This document shows, in pieces, positions 9,310-19,581 of a stretch of DNA of 59,217 nucleotides. Under the pieces are notes generated by a model that ran no database searches, was not told the DNA's origin, and worked only from the letters and a program-made list of their open reading frames with translations. The translations under genes were made by a program, and so were the position numbers. Positions within the stretch are counted from its first letter, which is position 1. The number at the start of each line of letters is the position of its first letter. Source of the DNA: an uncultured Acetobacteraceae bacterium (GTDB taxonomy: Bacteria; Pseudomonadota; Alphaproteobacteria; CACIAM-22H2); NCBI GenBank assembly GCA_964434345.1, contig CAYSUY010000004.1:1-59217 (forward strand), in the 5' to 3' direction.

Positions 9310-12279
9310 ATGACGATGCCCTTTTCCGGTTTCGCGGCCGCGGCCTGGCCGCGCCCCGCCGACCCCGATGCCGTTCGCCGCGAACGCGAGACCCTCGCGG
9401 GGGAGATCGCCGGGCTGGAGGGAGCCGCCACGCATCTCGCGCGGATCGCCGACACGCCGGCGGGCGACGCGGCGCTCGCCGCGCTGTTCGGCAACAGTCC
9501 GTTCCTGACCCATTGCGTGCAGCGCGATCCGGTCTTCGCGGGCGACCTGCTCCGCGACGGGCCGGACGCCGCCCTCGCCGCGGTCTTCGCGGACCTCGAC
9601 CGCGCGGCGCAGGACGCGCTCACGGGCGACGCGCTCGCCCGCTGCCTGCGGGTGGCGCGGCGGCGCGCGGCGCTGACCATCGCGGCGGCGGACATCGCGG
9701 GGTGCTGGACGCTGACCCGTGTGACCGCCGCGCTCTCCGATTTTGCCGACCGCACGATCGGCCTCGCGGTCGAGGACCAGCTGCGCGCCCTCGCCGCGAG
9801 CGGCGCCATCACGCTTCCCCATCCAGCGCAGCCCGCGCGCGACAGCGGCCTCGTGGTCCTCGGCATGGGCAAGCTTGGCGGCCGCGAGCTCAACTATTCC
9901 TCCGACGTCGACCTGATCGTGCTGTACGACACGGAGCGCGTGCGGACCGCCGATCCAGACGCGCTGCAGAAGAATTTCGTCCGGCTTGCGCGCGGCATGG
10001 TCCGGCTCCTCGAGGAGCGGACCGGCGACGGCTACGTGCTGCGCACCGATCTGCGCCTGCGCCCCGATCCGGGCGCGACGCCGCTGGCCATGTCGACCGA
10101 CGCCGCCGAGTTCTATTACGAGACGCTGGGGCAGAACTGGGAGCGCGCCGCGATGATCAAGGCGCGGCCCGTCGCCGGCGACCTTGATGCCGGCGCGCGT
10201 TTCCTCGAGCGGCTGCGCCCCTTCGTCTGGCGCCGCCATCTCGATTTCGCCGCGGTCCAGGACATCCATTCGATCAAGCGGCAGATCCACGCCCATCGCG
10301 GCGGCCACGAAGTCGCCCTCGCCGGCCACAACATCAAGGTCGGACGCGGCGGCATCCGCGAGATCGAGTTCTTCGCCCAGACGCTGCAGCTGATCTGGGG
10401 CGGGCGCAATCCCGCGCTGCGGATCCGGGCGACCTGCCCCGCGCTGGCGGCCCTGGTCGCCGCGGGCCGGGCCGACGGCGCGGTCGTCGCCGACCTGACG
10501 GAATGCTACGAGATCCTGCGCCGGGTCGAGCACCGGCTGCAGATGATCGCCGACCAGCAGACCCAGACCCTGCCCGGCGACGAACCCGGCCTTGCCCATC
10601 TCGCCGCGTTCCTTGGCCATCGCGATCGCGACGCCTTCGCCGAACAGGTCCTGGCGACGCTTCGCCGCGTCGAGCGCCATTACGCCGGATTGTTCGAGGA
10701 GGCGCCCGATCTCGGCGAGCGCGGCGGCAATCTGGTCTTCACCGGCGCCGAGGACGATCCGGGCACGATCGAGACGCTGGCACGGCTCGGCTTCGCGGAT
10801 CCGCCGGCGGTCACGCGGCAGGTCCGCGCCTGGCATCACGGACGCTATCGCTGCATGCGCAGTTCGCGCGCGCGCGAGCTGCTGACCGAGTTGATGCCGG
10901 CGCTGCTCGGCGCGCTCGGTCGCACGCCGGATCCGCAGGCGGCCTTCCTCAATTTCGACCGCTTCATGTCGCGGCTGCCCGCGGGCGTGCAGATCTTCTC
11001 GCTGTTCCACGCGAACCCGCATCTCCTCGGCTTCGTCGCCGAGATCATGGGTGGCGCCCCGCGCCTCGCCGACCAGCTGAGCACCCGCGCGGCACTGCTC
11101 GACCTGGTGCTCGCGGAGAGCTTCAACCGCGCGCCGCCGGATGCCGCCGCCTGCGCGGCGGAGCTCGGCGCCGCGCTGTCCCAGGCACGCGACTTCCAGG
11201 ACGAGCTCGACATCGTCCGGCGCTGGCGCAGCGAGCGCGTCTTCCAGGTCGGCGTCCAGCAGCTGCGCCGCACGATCGACGCAGCGCGCGCGGGGGCGGC
11301 GCTCGCCGACATCGCGGACGCCACGCTCGTCGCCATGGCGCCGGCCGTCGAGCGCGAATTCCGGCGCCAGCACGGGCGCGTCGACGGCGGCGACTTCGCG
11401 ATCGTCGCGCTCGGCAAGCTCGGTGGCCGCGAGATGACGGCGACCTCGGATCTCGACCTCATCCTGCTCTACGACGCCGACGAGGATGCGGTCTCGGACG
11501 GCGAGAAACAATTGCCGGCGCCGCAATATTTCCTTCGTCTCGCCACGCGGTTCGTCAACGCGGTCACCGCGATGACGCCGGAAGGTCAGCTCTACGAGAT
11601 CGATACGCGGCTGCGTCCCTCGGGGACGAAGGGCCCGATCGCGACCAGCCTTGGCGGCTTCCGCCGCTACAACCTCGAGGACGCGTGGACCTGGGAGCAC
11701 ATGGCGCTGACCCGCGGCCGCGTCGTCATGGCGCCACCCGCGATGCGCGCACGCATCGAGGCGACGATCCGCGAGGTTCTGCTGCGGCCGCGCGACACCG
11801 CACGCATCATCGCCGACGTCGCCGACATGCGCGCGCGGATGCTGCGCGAGCGCGGACAACCCGCCCGGCTCGACGTGAAGAACCGGCGCGGCGGACTGAT
11901 CGACGTCGAATTCGTCGTGCAGACGATGATCCTCGTCCACGGCGCCACCCATCCCGGCCTGCTGATCCCCTCGACCGCAGGCGCGCTGGAGGCGATCGCA
12001 TCCGCCGGCCTGATCGGCGACGCCGACGCCGACGCGCTGCGGCGCGCGCTGCGCGTGACCAGCGCGATACAATCGGTGCTGCGGACCGCGATCGACGGGG
12101 CGATCGATCCCGGAGAACATCCGCCAGCCCTGCTCGCGGGGCTTGCGCGCGCGGCCGGGGCGCCTAGTTTCGCCGATCTCGAGAGCGAACTCGACGTGGC
12201 CTGCGCCGCGGCAAGAGCCGTTTTCGAGCGCCTGATCCCGTCGCCGCCCGCGAGCGGTCCGGCGGCCGTGCGACCCTGA
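9310..12279 (+). CDS. glnE: Bifunctional glutamine synthetase adenylyltransferase/adenylyl-removing enzyme
   Basis: Two NTase domains: GMGKLGGRELNYSSDVDL and ALGKLGGREMTATSDLDL; DLRLRPDP, GQNWERAAMIKAR, DTRLRPSG. Confidence 0.97.
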   Translation: MTMPFSGFAAAAWPRPADPDAVRRERETLAGEIAGLEGAATHLARIADTPAGDAALAALFGNSPFLTHCVQRDPVFAGDLLRDGPDAALAAVFADLDRAAQDALTGDALARCLRVARRRAALTIAAADIAGCWTLTRVTAALSDFADRTIGLAVEDQLRALAASGAITLPHPAQPARDSGLVVLGMGKLGGRELNYSSDVDLIVLYDTERVRTADPDALQKNFVRLARGMVRLLEERTGDGYVLRTDLRLRPDPGATPLAMSTDAAEFYYETLGQNWERAAMIKARPVAGDLDAGARFLERLRPFVWRRHLDFAAVQDIHSIKRQIHAHRGGHEVALAGHNIKVGRGGIREIEFFAQTLQLIWGGRNPALRIRATCPALAALVAAGRADGAVVADLTECYEILRRVEHRLQMIADQQTQTLPGDEPGLAHLAAFLGHRDRDAFAEQVLATLRRVERHYAGLFEEAPDLGERGGNLVFTGAEDDPGTIETLARLGFADPPAVTRQVRAWHHGRYRCMRSSRARELLTELMPALLGALGRTPDPQAAFLNFDRFMSRLPAGVQIFSLFHANPHLLGFVAEIMGGAPRLADQLSTRAALLDLVLAESFNRAPPDAAACAAELGAALSQARDFQDELDIVRRWRSERVFQVGVQQLRRTIDAARAGAALADIADATLVAMAPAVEREFRRQHGRVDGGDFAIVALGKLGGREMTATSDLDLILLYDADEDAVSDGEKQLPAPQYFLRLATRFVNAVTAMTPEGQLYEIDTRLRPSGTKGPIATSLGGFRRYNLEDAWTWEHMALTRGRVVMAPPAMRARIEATIREVLLRPRDTARIIADVADMRARMLRERGQPARLDVKNRRGGLIDVEFVVQTMILVHGATHPGLLIPSTAGALEAIASAGLIGDADADALRRALRVTSAIQSVLRTAIDGAIDPGEHPPALLAGLARAAGAPSFADLESELDVACAAARAVFERLIPSPPASGPAAVRP

Positions 12280-12304
12280 CACCCGATCGAGGAGACGACA
12301 CGCG

Positions 12305-12772
12305 ATGGCCCAGTTGAAAATCGGCGACAAGGCCCCGGATTTCGTCCTGCCCGGCGATGGCGGCACGGATGTGAAGCTCTCGGCCTTCAAGGGCCGCAAG
12401 GTGATCGTCTATTTCTACCCGAAGGACGACACGTCGGGTTGCACCAAGGAAGCCTGCGGATTCAACGAAGCGCTGCCCGATTTCGGACGGGTCGCAGCCG
12501 AGATCGTCGGCATCAGCCGCGACCCGGTCGCGAGCCACGACAAGTTCGTGCGCAAATACGGGCTTCGGTTCCGGCTCGGCGCCGATCTCGACGGCAAGGC
12601 CTGCGAGGCCTATGGCACGTGGGTCGAGAAGAGCATGTATGGGCGCACGTACATGGGCATCGAGCGCGCCACCTTCCTGATCGACGAGAAAGGGGTCGTG
12701 CGCGGCGTCTGGCGCAAGGTGAAGGTTCCCGGCCATGTCGAGGAGGTCCTTGCCGCAGCCAAGGCGCTCTGA
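12305..12772 (+). CDS. bcp: Peroxiredoxin Bcp/PrxQ
   Basis: YFYPKDDTSGCTKEAC; GAGGAG SD. Confidence 0.96.
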   Translation: MAQLKIGDKAPDFVLPGDGGTDVKLSAFKGRKVIVYFYPKDDTSGCTKEACGFNEALPDFGRVAAEIVGISRDPVASHDKFVRKYGLRFRLGADLDGKACEAYGTWVEKSMYGRTYMGIERATFLIDEKGVVRGVWRKVKVPGHVEEVLAAAKAL

Positions 12773-12775
12773 GCC

Positions 12776-14257
12776 GTGACCGCGGCGGGTTCCGGCACCC
12801 ATGCGGCGGCACGCGACCTCGCGCCCTACCGCGACGCCGAGGCCGCCTTCGCCGCGGTCGAGCGCATCTACGCCGCGGCCACGGCGGCAGTGCGCGACCG
12901 CTTCGACGCATTCGGGTCCGGCGATCGCGATGGCGCGTCGCCCGCGGCATTCTATCCCTATGTCGGCATCGACGTGCCGGCCGCCGCGCTGAATATCGAC
13001 GCGCGCGTCGCCTATGGCGCCGCTCTCGATCCAGGCAGCTATGGCGGGACGCTGACCCGGCCTGACCTGTTCGCGGGCTACTATCGCGAGCAGTTCCGCC
13101 TCCTCCTCCAGCATCACGGCGTCGACCTGCTGGTCGGAACCAGTGATCGACGCGTTCCGCTGCCCTTCGTGGTGGAGCGCGCCGTCGCCGGCGTGACGGA
13201 GTCGGATGTCCGCGCGATGCAGCAGGTCTTTGCGCTGCCCGACCTGTCGGTGATCGACGACGGCATCGCCAACGGGACGCATCGCGCCGCGGCCGGCCAT
13301 GCGCGGCCGCTCGCCCTGTTCCAGGCCGAGCGCGTGGACTATTCGCTCCAGCGGCTGCGCCACTACACCGCCACCGAACCGGGCGACATCCAGCGCTTCA
13401 TCCTGCTCACCAACTACCAGCGCTATGTCGATTCGTTCCGCGCCCTCGCGCGCGAGAAGCTTGCCGATCCCGAAAGCGGCTATTCGACCTTCGTCGAGCC
13501 GGGCGGCGCGGTCACGCGCCTCGGGCCGGGCGGCGAGATCGAGATCGCGGGCAGCGTGCCGACGCATCTGCCGCAGATGCCGGCCTATCACCTGACCAGG
13601 CCGCAGGGCGACGGCATAACGCTCGTGAACATCGGCGTCGGTCCGTCCAACGCAAAGACGATCACCGACCACCTGGCCGTGCTGCGACCGCATTGCTGGC
13701 TCATGGTCGGGCATTGCGCCGGGTTGCGGCGCAGCCAGTTCCTCGGCGACTACGTGCTGGCGCACGCCTATGTGCGCGACGACCACGTGCTCGACCGCGA
13801 CCTGCCCCCCGAGGTGAGCCTGCCGGCCATCGCCGAGGTGCAGATGGCGCTGCAGGCGGCGGTCGAGCAGGTCACCGGCCTCACGGGCGGCGACATGAAG
13901 ACGCGGATGCGCACCGGCACGGTCTATACGACCGACGACCGGAACTGGGAGTTGCGCTACGCCGGATTGTTCGAGCGGCTCAACCAGACCCGCGCGATCG
14001 CCGTGGACATGGAATCCGCCACCATCGCCGCCAACGGTTTCCGGTTCCGCGTGCCCTACGGGACGCTGCTCTGCGTCTCCGACAAGCCGCTGCATGGCGA
14101 GATCAAGCTGCCGGGCATGGCGAGCCGCATGTACCGCGACCGCATCGACCAGCATCTGCTGGTCGGCATCCGCGCCCTGGAGCTGCTGCGCGCCGGCGGC
14201 ATCGAGCGACTGCACTCGCGCAAGCTGCGCAGCTTCGACGAGCCGCCGTTCCGCTGA
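12776..14257 (+). CDS. amn: AMP nucleosidase
   Basis: DYSLQRLRHYT, FILLTNYQRY, QMPAYHL, NIGVGPSNAKTITDHLAVLRP, DMESATIAANGFRFRVPYGTLLCVSDKPLHGE. Confidence 0.96.
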   Translation: MTAAGSGTHAAARDLAPYRDAEAAFAAVERIYAAATAAVRDRFDAFGSGDRDGASPAAFYPYVGIDVPAAALNIDARVAYGAALDPGSYGGTLTRPDLFAGYYREQFRLLLQHHGVDLLVGTSDRRVPLPFVVERAVAGVTESDVRAMQQVFALPDLSVIDDGIANGTHRAAAGHARPLALFQAERVDYSLQRLRHYTATEPGDIQRFILLTNYQRYVDSFRALAREKLADPESGYSTFVEPGGAVTRLGPGGEIEIAGSVPTHLPQMPAYHLTRPQGDGITLVNIGVGPSNAKTITDHLAVLRPHCWLMVGHCAGLRRSQFLGDYVLAHAYVRDDHVLDRDLPPEVSLPAIAEVQMALQAAVEQVTGLTGGDMKTRMRTGTVYTTDDRNWELRYAGLFERLNQTRAIAVDMESATIAANGFRFRVPYGTLLCVSDKPLHGEIKLPGMASRMYRDRIDQHLLVGIRALELLRAGGIERLHSRKLRSFDEPPFR

Positions 14258-14269
14258 GACGCGGACGCG

Positions 14270-15398
14270 CTACTCGATGTCTTCGACCCGGGTCGGCGCG
14301 CCCTTGAGGCGGCTCATCAGCGAGGCGCGCAGGAACGGATCGATATCGCCGTCCAGGACGCTCTGCGTGTCGGAGGTCTGGTGTCCCGTGCGCAGATCCT
14401 TGACCATCTGATAGGGCTGCAGGACGTAGCTGCGGATCTGGTGCCCCCAGCCGATGTCGGTCTTCGCGGCATGAAGCGCCTGGGCCGCGGCCTCGCGCTT
14501 CTGCAGTTCGATCTCGTAGAGGCGTGCGCGCAGCATCTTCCAGGCGCGGTCACGGTTCTTGTGCTGCGAGCGCTCGGTCTGGCAGGCGACGGCGATGCCG
14601 GTCGGGATATGGGTGAGGCGCACCGCGCTCTCGGTCTTGTTGACGTGCTGACCGCCGGCCCCCGAGGCGCGATACACATCGACACGAACGTCGGCTTCGT
14701 TGATCTGGATGTCGATGGAATCATCGACCACCGGAAACACGCCGACCGCGGCGAAGGAGGTCTGCCGCCGGGCGTTCGAATCGAAAGGCGAGATCCGCAC
14801 GAGGCGGTGGACGCCGCTCTCGGTCTTGAGCCAGCCATAGGCGTTGGTGCCGCTGACGCGCAGCGTCGCCGACTTGATCCCGGCTTCTTCGCCCGCCTGC
14901 TCCTCCTCGATCTCGACCTTGAAGCGATGATCCTCTGCCCAGCGCACGTAGAGGCGCTCGAGCATCTGCGCCCAGTCCTGGCTCTCGGTGCCGCCGGCGC
15001 CGGGCTTGATCTCGAGATAGGCGTCGTTGGCGTCGGCCTCGCCCGAGAGCAGCGCCTCGACGGCGCGCTGCTCGGCGACGCCGCGCAGGTCCTTGAGCGC
15101 GTCTTCGGCGGCGGCGAGTTCGCTCGCGTCGTTTTCCTCCGCCGCGAGTTCGATCAGGCCGACCGCGTCGTCGTAATCCTGCTTGAGCGTGCGGTAGAGG
15201 GTCAGTTGTCGATCAAGCGTCGAGCGCTCGCGCAAGACAACCTGCGCGGCTCGCGAGTCGTTCCAGAGCGCCGGGTCGTTGGCGCGGGCGTTCAGTTCGT
15301 CGAGGCGACGCAGCGAGGCATCGTAGTCAAAGATACCTCCTCAGCAGTTCGAGCGACTGCTTGATCTCGTCTGCCATCTGCTGGATTTCGGCGCGCAT
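14270..15398 (-). CDS. prfB: Peptide chain release factor 2 (programmed +1 frameshift)
   Basis: Frame 0 [23 protein letters not shown], then CTT TGA C; the +1 frame continues to [13 protein letters not shown] tripeptide, GGQ motif and WGHQIRSY. Confidence 0.97.
15326..15341 (-). promoter_or_regulatory. prfB frameshift cassette AGGAGG-TAT-CTT-TGA-C
   Basis: Internal SD at 15341-15336, 3-nt spacer, slippery CTT at 15332-15330, UGA at 15329-15327. Confidence 0.95.
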
Positions 15399-15457
15399 GG
15401 GTCGGGATGCCTCCTGGAGCGCGGGTTTATACAGGCTCGCGCGGCGCGCGCCAGCGT

Positions 15458-18073
15458 TCAGTAGATGCCGCTTGGCGAGGCCGTTCCCCCCGCGGCGGGC
15501 CCCGCCGAGGGGAGCGCGCGGCCGGGACCCGAGGGTCCGGGCGCTACGCGAACCGGGGCGCCGGCACCGGGGCCGGCCGCGGCCTCGCCGGACTCGTCGG
15601 GCTGCTGACCGGGCTTGAACGCCTCGAGCACCACACGGCCAGTCGTCGCCGGGCGGCCGGTGACCACATCGACCGTCGCGAAATACAGGTCGTCGGGGAC
15701 GCGAAAGGGCAGCAGCGGCCGCCCGTGCAGCGCATGCGCCATGATCTCCTGGAAGATCGGCACCGCCGCAAGTCCACCGGTCTCGCGAGCGCCAAGTGTG
15801 CGCGGCGTGTCGAAGCCGATCCAGACGCCGACGACGAGATCGGCCGAGAAACCCACGAACCATGCGTCCACGGCGTCATTGGTCGTCCCGGTCTTGCCGG
15901 CGACGATGTGGCCGGGCACGCGGGCACGCGTCCCCGTGCCGCGATCGACCACGCCCTCCAGCATCGACACCATCTGGTATGCGCTTGCCGCGTCGGTCAC
16001 CCGCGTGCGCGGATCCGGCAGGCGCGGCATCGACTGCTCGCCCCAGGCCTCCTCGCGGCATGCCGGGCAGTCGCGGCCGTCGCTGCGGAAGATCGTGCGC
16101 CCGTCGCGATCCTGGACCCTGTCGATCAGGGTCGGCGTGACGCGGTAACCGCCATTGGCGAACACGGCGTAGGCGGCGGTCATCCGCACCACGGTCGTCT
16201 CGATCGAACCGAGCGCCGCCGAGAGCACCGGCATCATGCGCTCGTTGATGCCGAAATCGCGCGCCATCCGGACCACCTTGCCGAGCCCGACATCCATCGC
16301 GAGGCGCACGGTCATCAGGTTGCGCGACTGTTCGACGCCGACGCGCATCGGCGTCGGGCCGTAGAACTGACCGGAATAGTTCCCCGGCTTCCAGAGTTCC
16401 GCGTCCGGCCCCTGGTCGATGACCAGCGGCGCGTCGAGGACGATCGCATTGGGCGGCGATCCCGCCTCGAGGGCCGCGAGATAGATCAACGGCTTGAACG
16501 AAGACCCGGGCTGGCGCTGTGCCTGCGTGGCGCGGTTGAACTGCGAAATCTCGAAGCTCCAGCCACCGACCATGGCGCGGATCCGGCCGGTGAAGGGATC
16601 GAGGGCCACCACGGCCCCGCCGACATCCGGTACCTGCCGAAGCCCGAAACGCCCGGGCGGCGCGGGCGCCGGCAAGGCTTCGACCAGGATCACGTCGCCG
16701 GGCCGGACGACATCGGCCGGATTGCGCGGCGGATTGCCGACGCGCTGATCATCCAGCGTGCGACGCGCCCACCGCATCTCGTCGAAGGGAACGACGCCGC
16801 GCGCGCCATCCGCAAAGCCGACATCGGCGCGATCGGCGGTGACCGCGAGGACGGCGGCGGTCCGCCAACCGGCGCTGCCTGGCACGCGGACCTGCCCCAG
16901 ACGGCGCTCCCAGCCCGGCCCCAGGTCGATCTGCGCCGGCGCGCCGCGCCAACCATGGCGGCGGTCATAGTCGATCATGCCGCGCCGCAGCGCGGCCTCC
17001 GCGGCGCGCTGCAACTCGGGGTCGAGCGAGGTGCGGACCGACAGCCCGCCCTTGTAGAGCCGCTCCTCGCCGAACCGCGCCAGCACCTCGCGCCGGACAT
17101 CCTCGGCGAAATAATCGGCGCGCGCGGTGTCCAGCGCCTCGACGCGGTTGCGTACCACCAGCGGCGCGGCGCGGGCCGCCGCGTGCTCGGCGGGCGTGAT
17201 CTTGCCATCCTCGAGCATGCGGCCCAGCACCCAGTCGCGACGTTCGCGGGCGCGCTCCGGGTGGCGCTGCGGGTTGTAGTTGTTCGGGGCCTTCGGCAGG
17301 GCGGCCAGGAAGGCGATCTCGTGGAGTTCGAGTTCGTCCAGGGGTTTGCCGAAATACATCAGCGCGGCGGCCGCGACGCCATAGGCCTGGAAGCCGAGAT
17401 AGATCTCGTTCACGTAGAGCTCGAGGATCCGCCGCTTCGGCAGGGTCTCCTCGATGCGCAGCGCCAGCAGCGCCTCCTTCACCTTGCGCTCGATCGACAC
17501 CTCGTTCGAGAGCAGCAGGTTCTTGGCGACCTGCTGCGTGATGGTCGAGGCGCCGACCGGGCGTTTGCGTCCCCAGTTCTGCGCGTTGGTCGCCGCGGCG
17601 CGGATGATGTCCGGCACGCTCAGCCCGGGATGGGTCCAGAAGGTCTTGTCTTCGGCGGAGATGAACGCCTCCGCCAGCCGCGACGGTACCGCGTCGAGCG
17701 GCACGAAGATCCGCCGTTCGGTCGCGTATTCCGCGAAGACACGGCCATCGGCGGCATGGACCCTGGTCATGACCGGCGGATGGTAGCTGGCGAGCTGCTC
17801 GTAATCGGGCAGACCCAGGCTCATCTGGTAGACGAAAAGCCCGCCGCCGCCGACCGCGAGGATGCCGGCCGCGACGACGAAGGCGAACGTCCAGGCGAAC
17901 ACGTTGCCAAGCGCCGCGAGCACGGGATTGGGTCCCTTGCGCGCCCGTGCCGGCGCCGGCTTGCGCGGCGGACGCTGCGCCCGCGCCGGACGCTCCCGCG
18001 GCTCCACAGGCGGTACGGGCGCCTGCGGGTCGGCCTGCGGGTGCAGCGTCGGTTCTGAACGAGGGGTATTCAC
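15458..18073 (-). CDS. mrcA: Class A penicillin-binding protein 1A
   Basis: TM anchor; transglycosylase motifs AEDKTF, GASTITQQVAKN, RKVKE; transpeptidase motifs SSFK, SRN, KTG. Confidence 0.95.
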   Translation of the reverse strand: MNTPRSEPTLHPQADPQAPVPPVEPRERPARAQRPPRKPAPARARKGPNPVLAALGNVFAWTFAFVVAAGILAVGGGGLFVYQMSLGLPDYEQLASYHPPVMTRVHAADGRVFAEYATERRIFVPLDAVPSRLAEAFISAEDKTFWTHPGLSVPDIIRAAATNAQNWGRKRPVGASTITQQVAKNLLLSNEVSIERKVKEALLALRIEETLPKRRILELYVNEIYLGFQAYGVAAAALMYFGKPLDELELHEIAFLAALPKAPNNYNPQRHPERARERRDWVLGRMLEDGKITPAEHAAARAAPLVVRNRVEALDTARADYFAEDVRREVLARFGEERLYKGGLSVRTSLDPELQRAAEAALRRGMIDYDRRHGWRGAPAQIDLGPGWERRLGQVRVPGSAGWRTAAVLAVTADRADVGFADGARGVVPFDEMRWARRTLDDQRVGNPPRNPADVVRPGDVILVEALPAPAPPGRFGLRQVPDVGGAVVALDPFTGRIRAMVGGWSFEISQFNRATQAQRQPGSSFKPLIYLAALEAGSPPNAIVLDAPLVIDQGPDAELWKPGNYSGQFYGPTPMRVGVEQSRNLMTVRLAMDVGLGKVVRMARDFGINERMMPVLSAALGSIETTVVRMTAAYAVFANGGYRVTPTLIDRVQDRDGRTIFRSDGRDCPACREEAWGEQSMPRLPDPRTRVTDAASAYQMVSMLEGVVDRGTGTRARVPGHIVAGKTGTTNDAVDAWFVGFSADLVVGVWIGFDTPRTLGARETGGLAAVPIFQEIMAHALHGRPLLPFRVPDDLYFATVDVVTGRPATTGRVVLEAFKPGQQPDESGEAAAGPGAGAPVRVAPGPSGPGRALPSAGPAAGGTASPSGIY

Positions 18074-18123
18074 GGGTGGCCTTCTATCACGCGCCGCCGC
18101 GGCTGCCAGCGTCTCGGGGCGGG

Positions 18124-19581
18124 TCAGCGCGGCGGCGGAGGCAGCGAGAAGAACGCGTCGACGGCGCGCTGGACCCCGAGCGCGACGCGGCGGCGATGGG
18201 CCGACTGGCGCAGGAGCCGCTCGTCGTCGGCATTGGACAGGTAGCCCAGCTCCAGCAGGACGGCCGGAACATCGGGGGCCTTGAGCACGGCGAAGCCCGC
18301 GAAGCGATGCGGTCGCACGGGCAGCATGCGGATCTCGTGTCCCAGTTCGCGCACCAGCTGATGCGCGAGGTCGACGGAGCGGTTGAGGGTCTCGCGCTGG
18401 GCAAGGTCGATCAGGATGTTCGCCACCTCACGGCTCTCATGGCTGAGATCCATCCCGACGATGATATCGGCCTTGTTCTCGCGCACCGCGAGGGCGGCCG
18501 CCTCCGCATCGGAGGCCGTGTCCGACAACGTATAGACCGACGCGCCACGCGTATCCGTGCTGCCGATCGAATCGGCGTGGATGGACAAGAACAGATCCGC
18601 CTTCCAGGTCCGTGCGCGGGTGACGCGCTCGCGCAGCGGCAGGAAGCTGTCGTCCTCGCGCGTCAGATGGACGCGGTAGCGGCCGGTCGACTCGAGCTGG
18701 CGCCGGACTTCCTGCGCTACCGCGAGGGTGATGGTCTTTTCCGGTGTCCCGGAAACGCCGATGGCGCCCGGATCCTGCCCGCCATGGCCGGGGTCCAGAA
18801 CCACCACACGGCGCCCGGAGCTCCGCGCGCCAGGCAGCGCGCGCGCAGCCGCCGCCACCGGCGGTGCTGCCGCCGCGAGTTCCTGGACCGGCGGCGCAGA
18901 TTGTACGGGCGGCGGCGACTGGACCGGGTTGCCCTGTGGCTTCGCCGTCGGCTGGGACTGCGGCGCTGTCCGGACCTGCGACGACACCGCGGGCTCGGCC
19001 CGGGCGATCTGCGCCACGGGCCGTTCCGGCGGCGCCGGGCGCGGTTCGGCGACCCGCGGGGCGACAACGGGCGCCGGCGCGCGCGCGGGCTGCGGCGGCA
19101 CGTACATGTCCTTTATCAGCTCGCTCGTGCGGCGCCAGGGCTGGGCATCGGCGACGAATGCCGCGCGTCCGACCGGCTCCAGGTCGATCAGCAGCCGCGC
19201 GATGCCGCGTGGCGCGGCGAGGTCATAACCGACCCGCCGCACCTGGACGGGCGCCGCCAGATCGACGACCAGCCGCGCCGCCTGTCCCTCGCCGCGGCCG
19301 AAACGCCATCCGCCGACGGCGCCCTGGGCCGGAACAGGCTGCGACAGGCTCCAGCGACCGGGACCAAGATCGATGACGAGGCGCATGGGTTCGTCGAGCG
19401 TGAAGACCCGCGGCGCGGCGCGGCGCTCGCTGTCGATCACGATCTGCAGGCCGGTCGAATCGGCCGTACGGACGTCGACGATACGCCCGGATTCGGCCGC
19501 GCGCGCCGGCGATGCGGCCGGCGCGTGCGCCAGCCACAGGAACATCGCGCCGAAAATGGCAAAGAATCGGAACAGGGGCAT
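18124..19581 (-). CDS. amiC: N-acetylmuramoyl-L-alanine amidase (AMIN domain + Pro-rich linker + Amidase_3)
   Basis: Signal peptide, RLVIDL AMIN-type segments, VVLDPGHGGQDPGA, LSIHAD, LLELGY. Start is 19581 (ATG) or 19605 (GTG). Confidence 0.93.
   Translation of the reverse strand: MPLFRFFAIFGAMFLWLAHAPAASPARAAESGRIVDVRTADSTGLQIVIDSERRAAPRVFTLDEPMRLVIDLGPGRWSLSQPVPAQGAVGGWRFGRGEGQAARLVVDLAAPVQVRRVGYDLAAPRGIARLLIDLEPVGRAAFVADAQPWRRTSELIKDMYVPPQPARAPAPVVAPRVAEPRPAPPERPVAQIARAEPAVSSQVRTAPQSQPTAKPQGNPVQSPPPVQSAPPVQELAAAAPPVAAAARALPGARSSGRRVVVLDPGHGGQDPGAIGVSGTPEKTITLAVAQEVRRQLESTGRYRVHLTREDDSFLPLRERVTRARTWKADLFLSIHADSIGSTDTRGASVYTLSDTASDAEAAALAVRENKADIIVGMDLSHESREVANILIDLAQRETLNRSVDLAHQLVRELGHEIRMLPVRPHRFAGFAVLKAPDVPAVLLELGYLSNADDERLLRQSAHRRRVALGVQRAVDAFFSLPPPPR

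Noticed and set aside
14270-15398. prfB as a frameshifted pseudogene
   Set aside because: The break is the canonical programmed +1 frameshift site.
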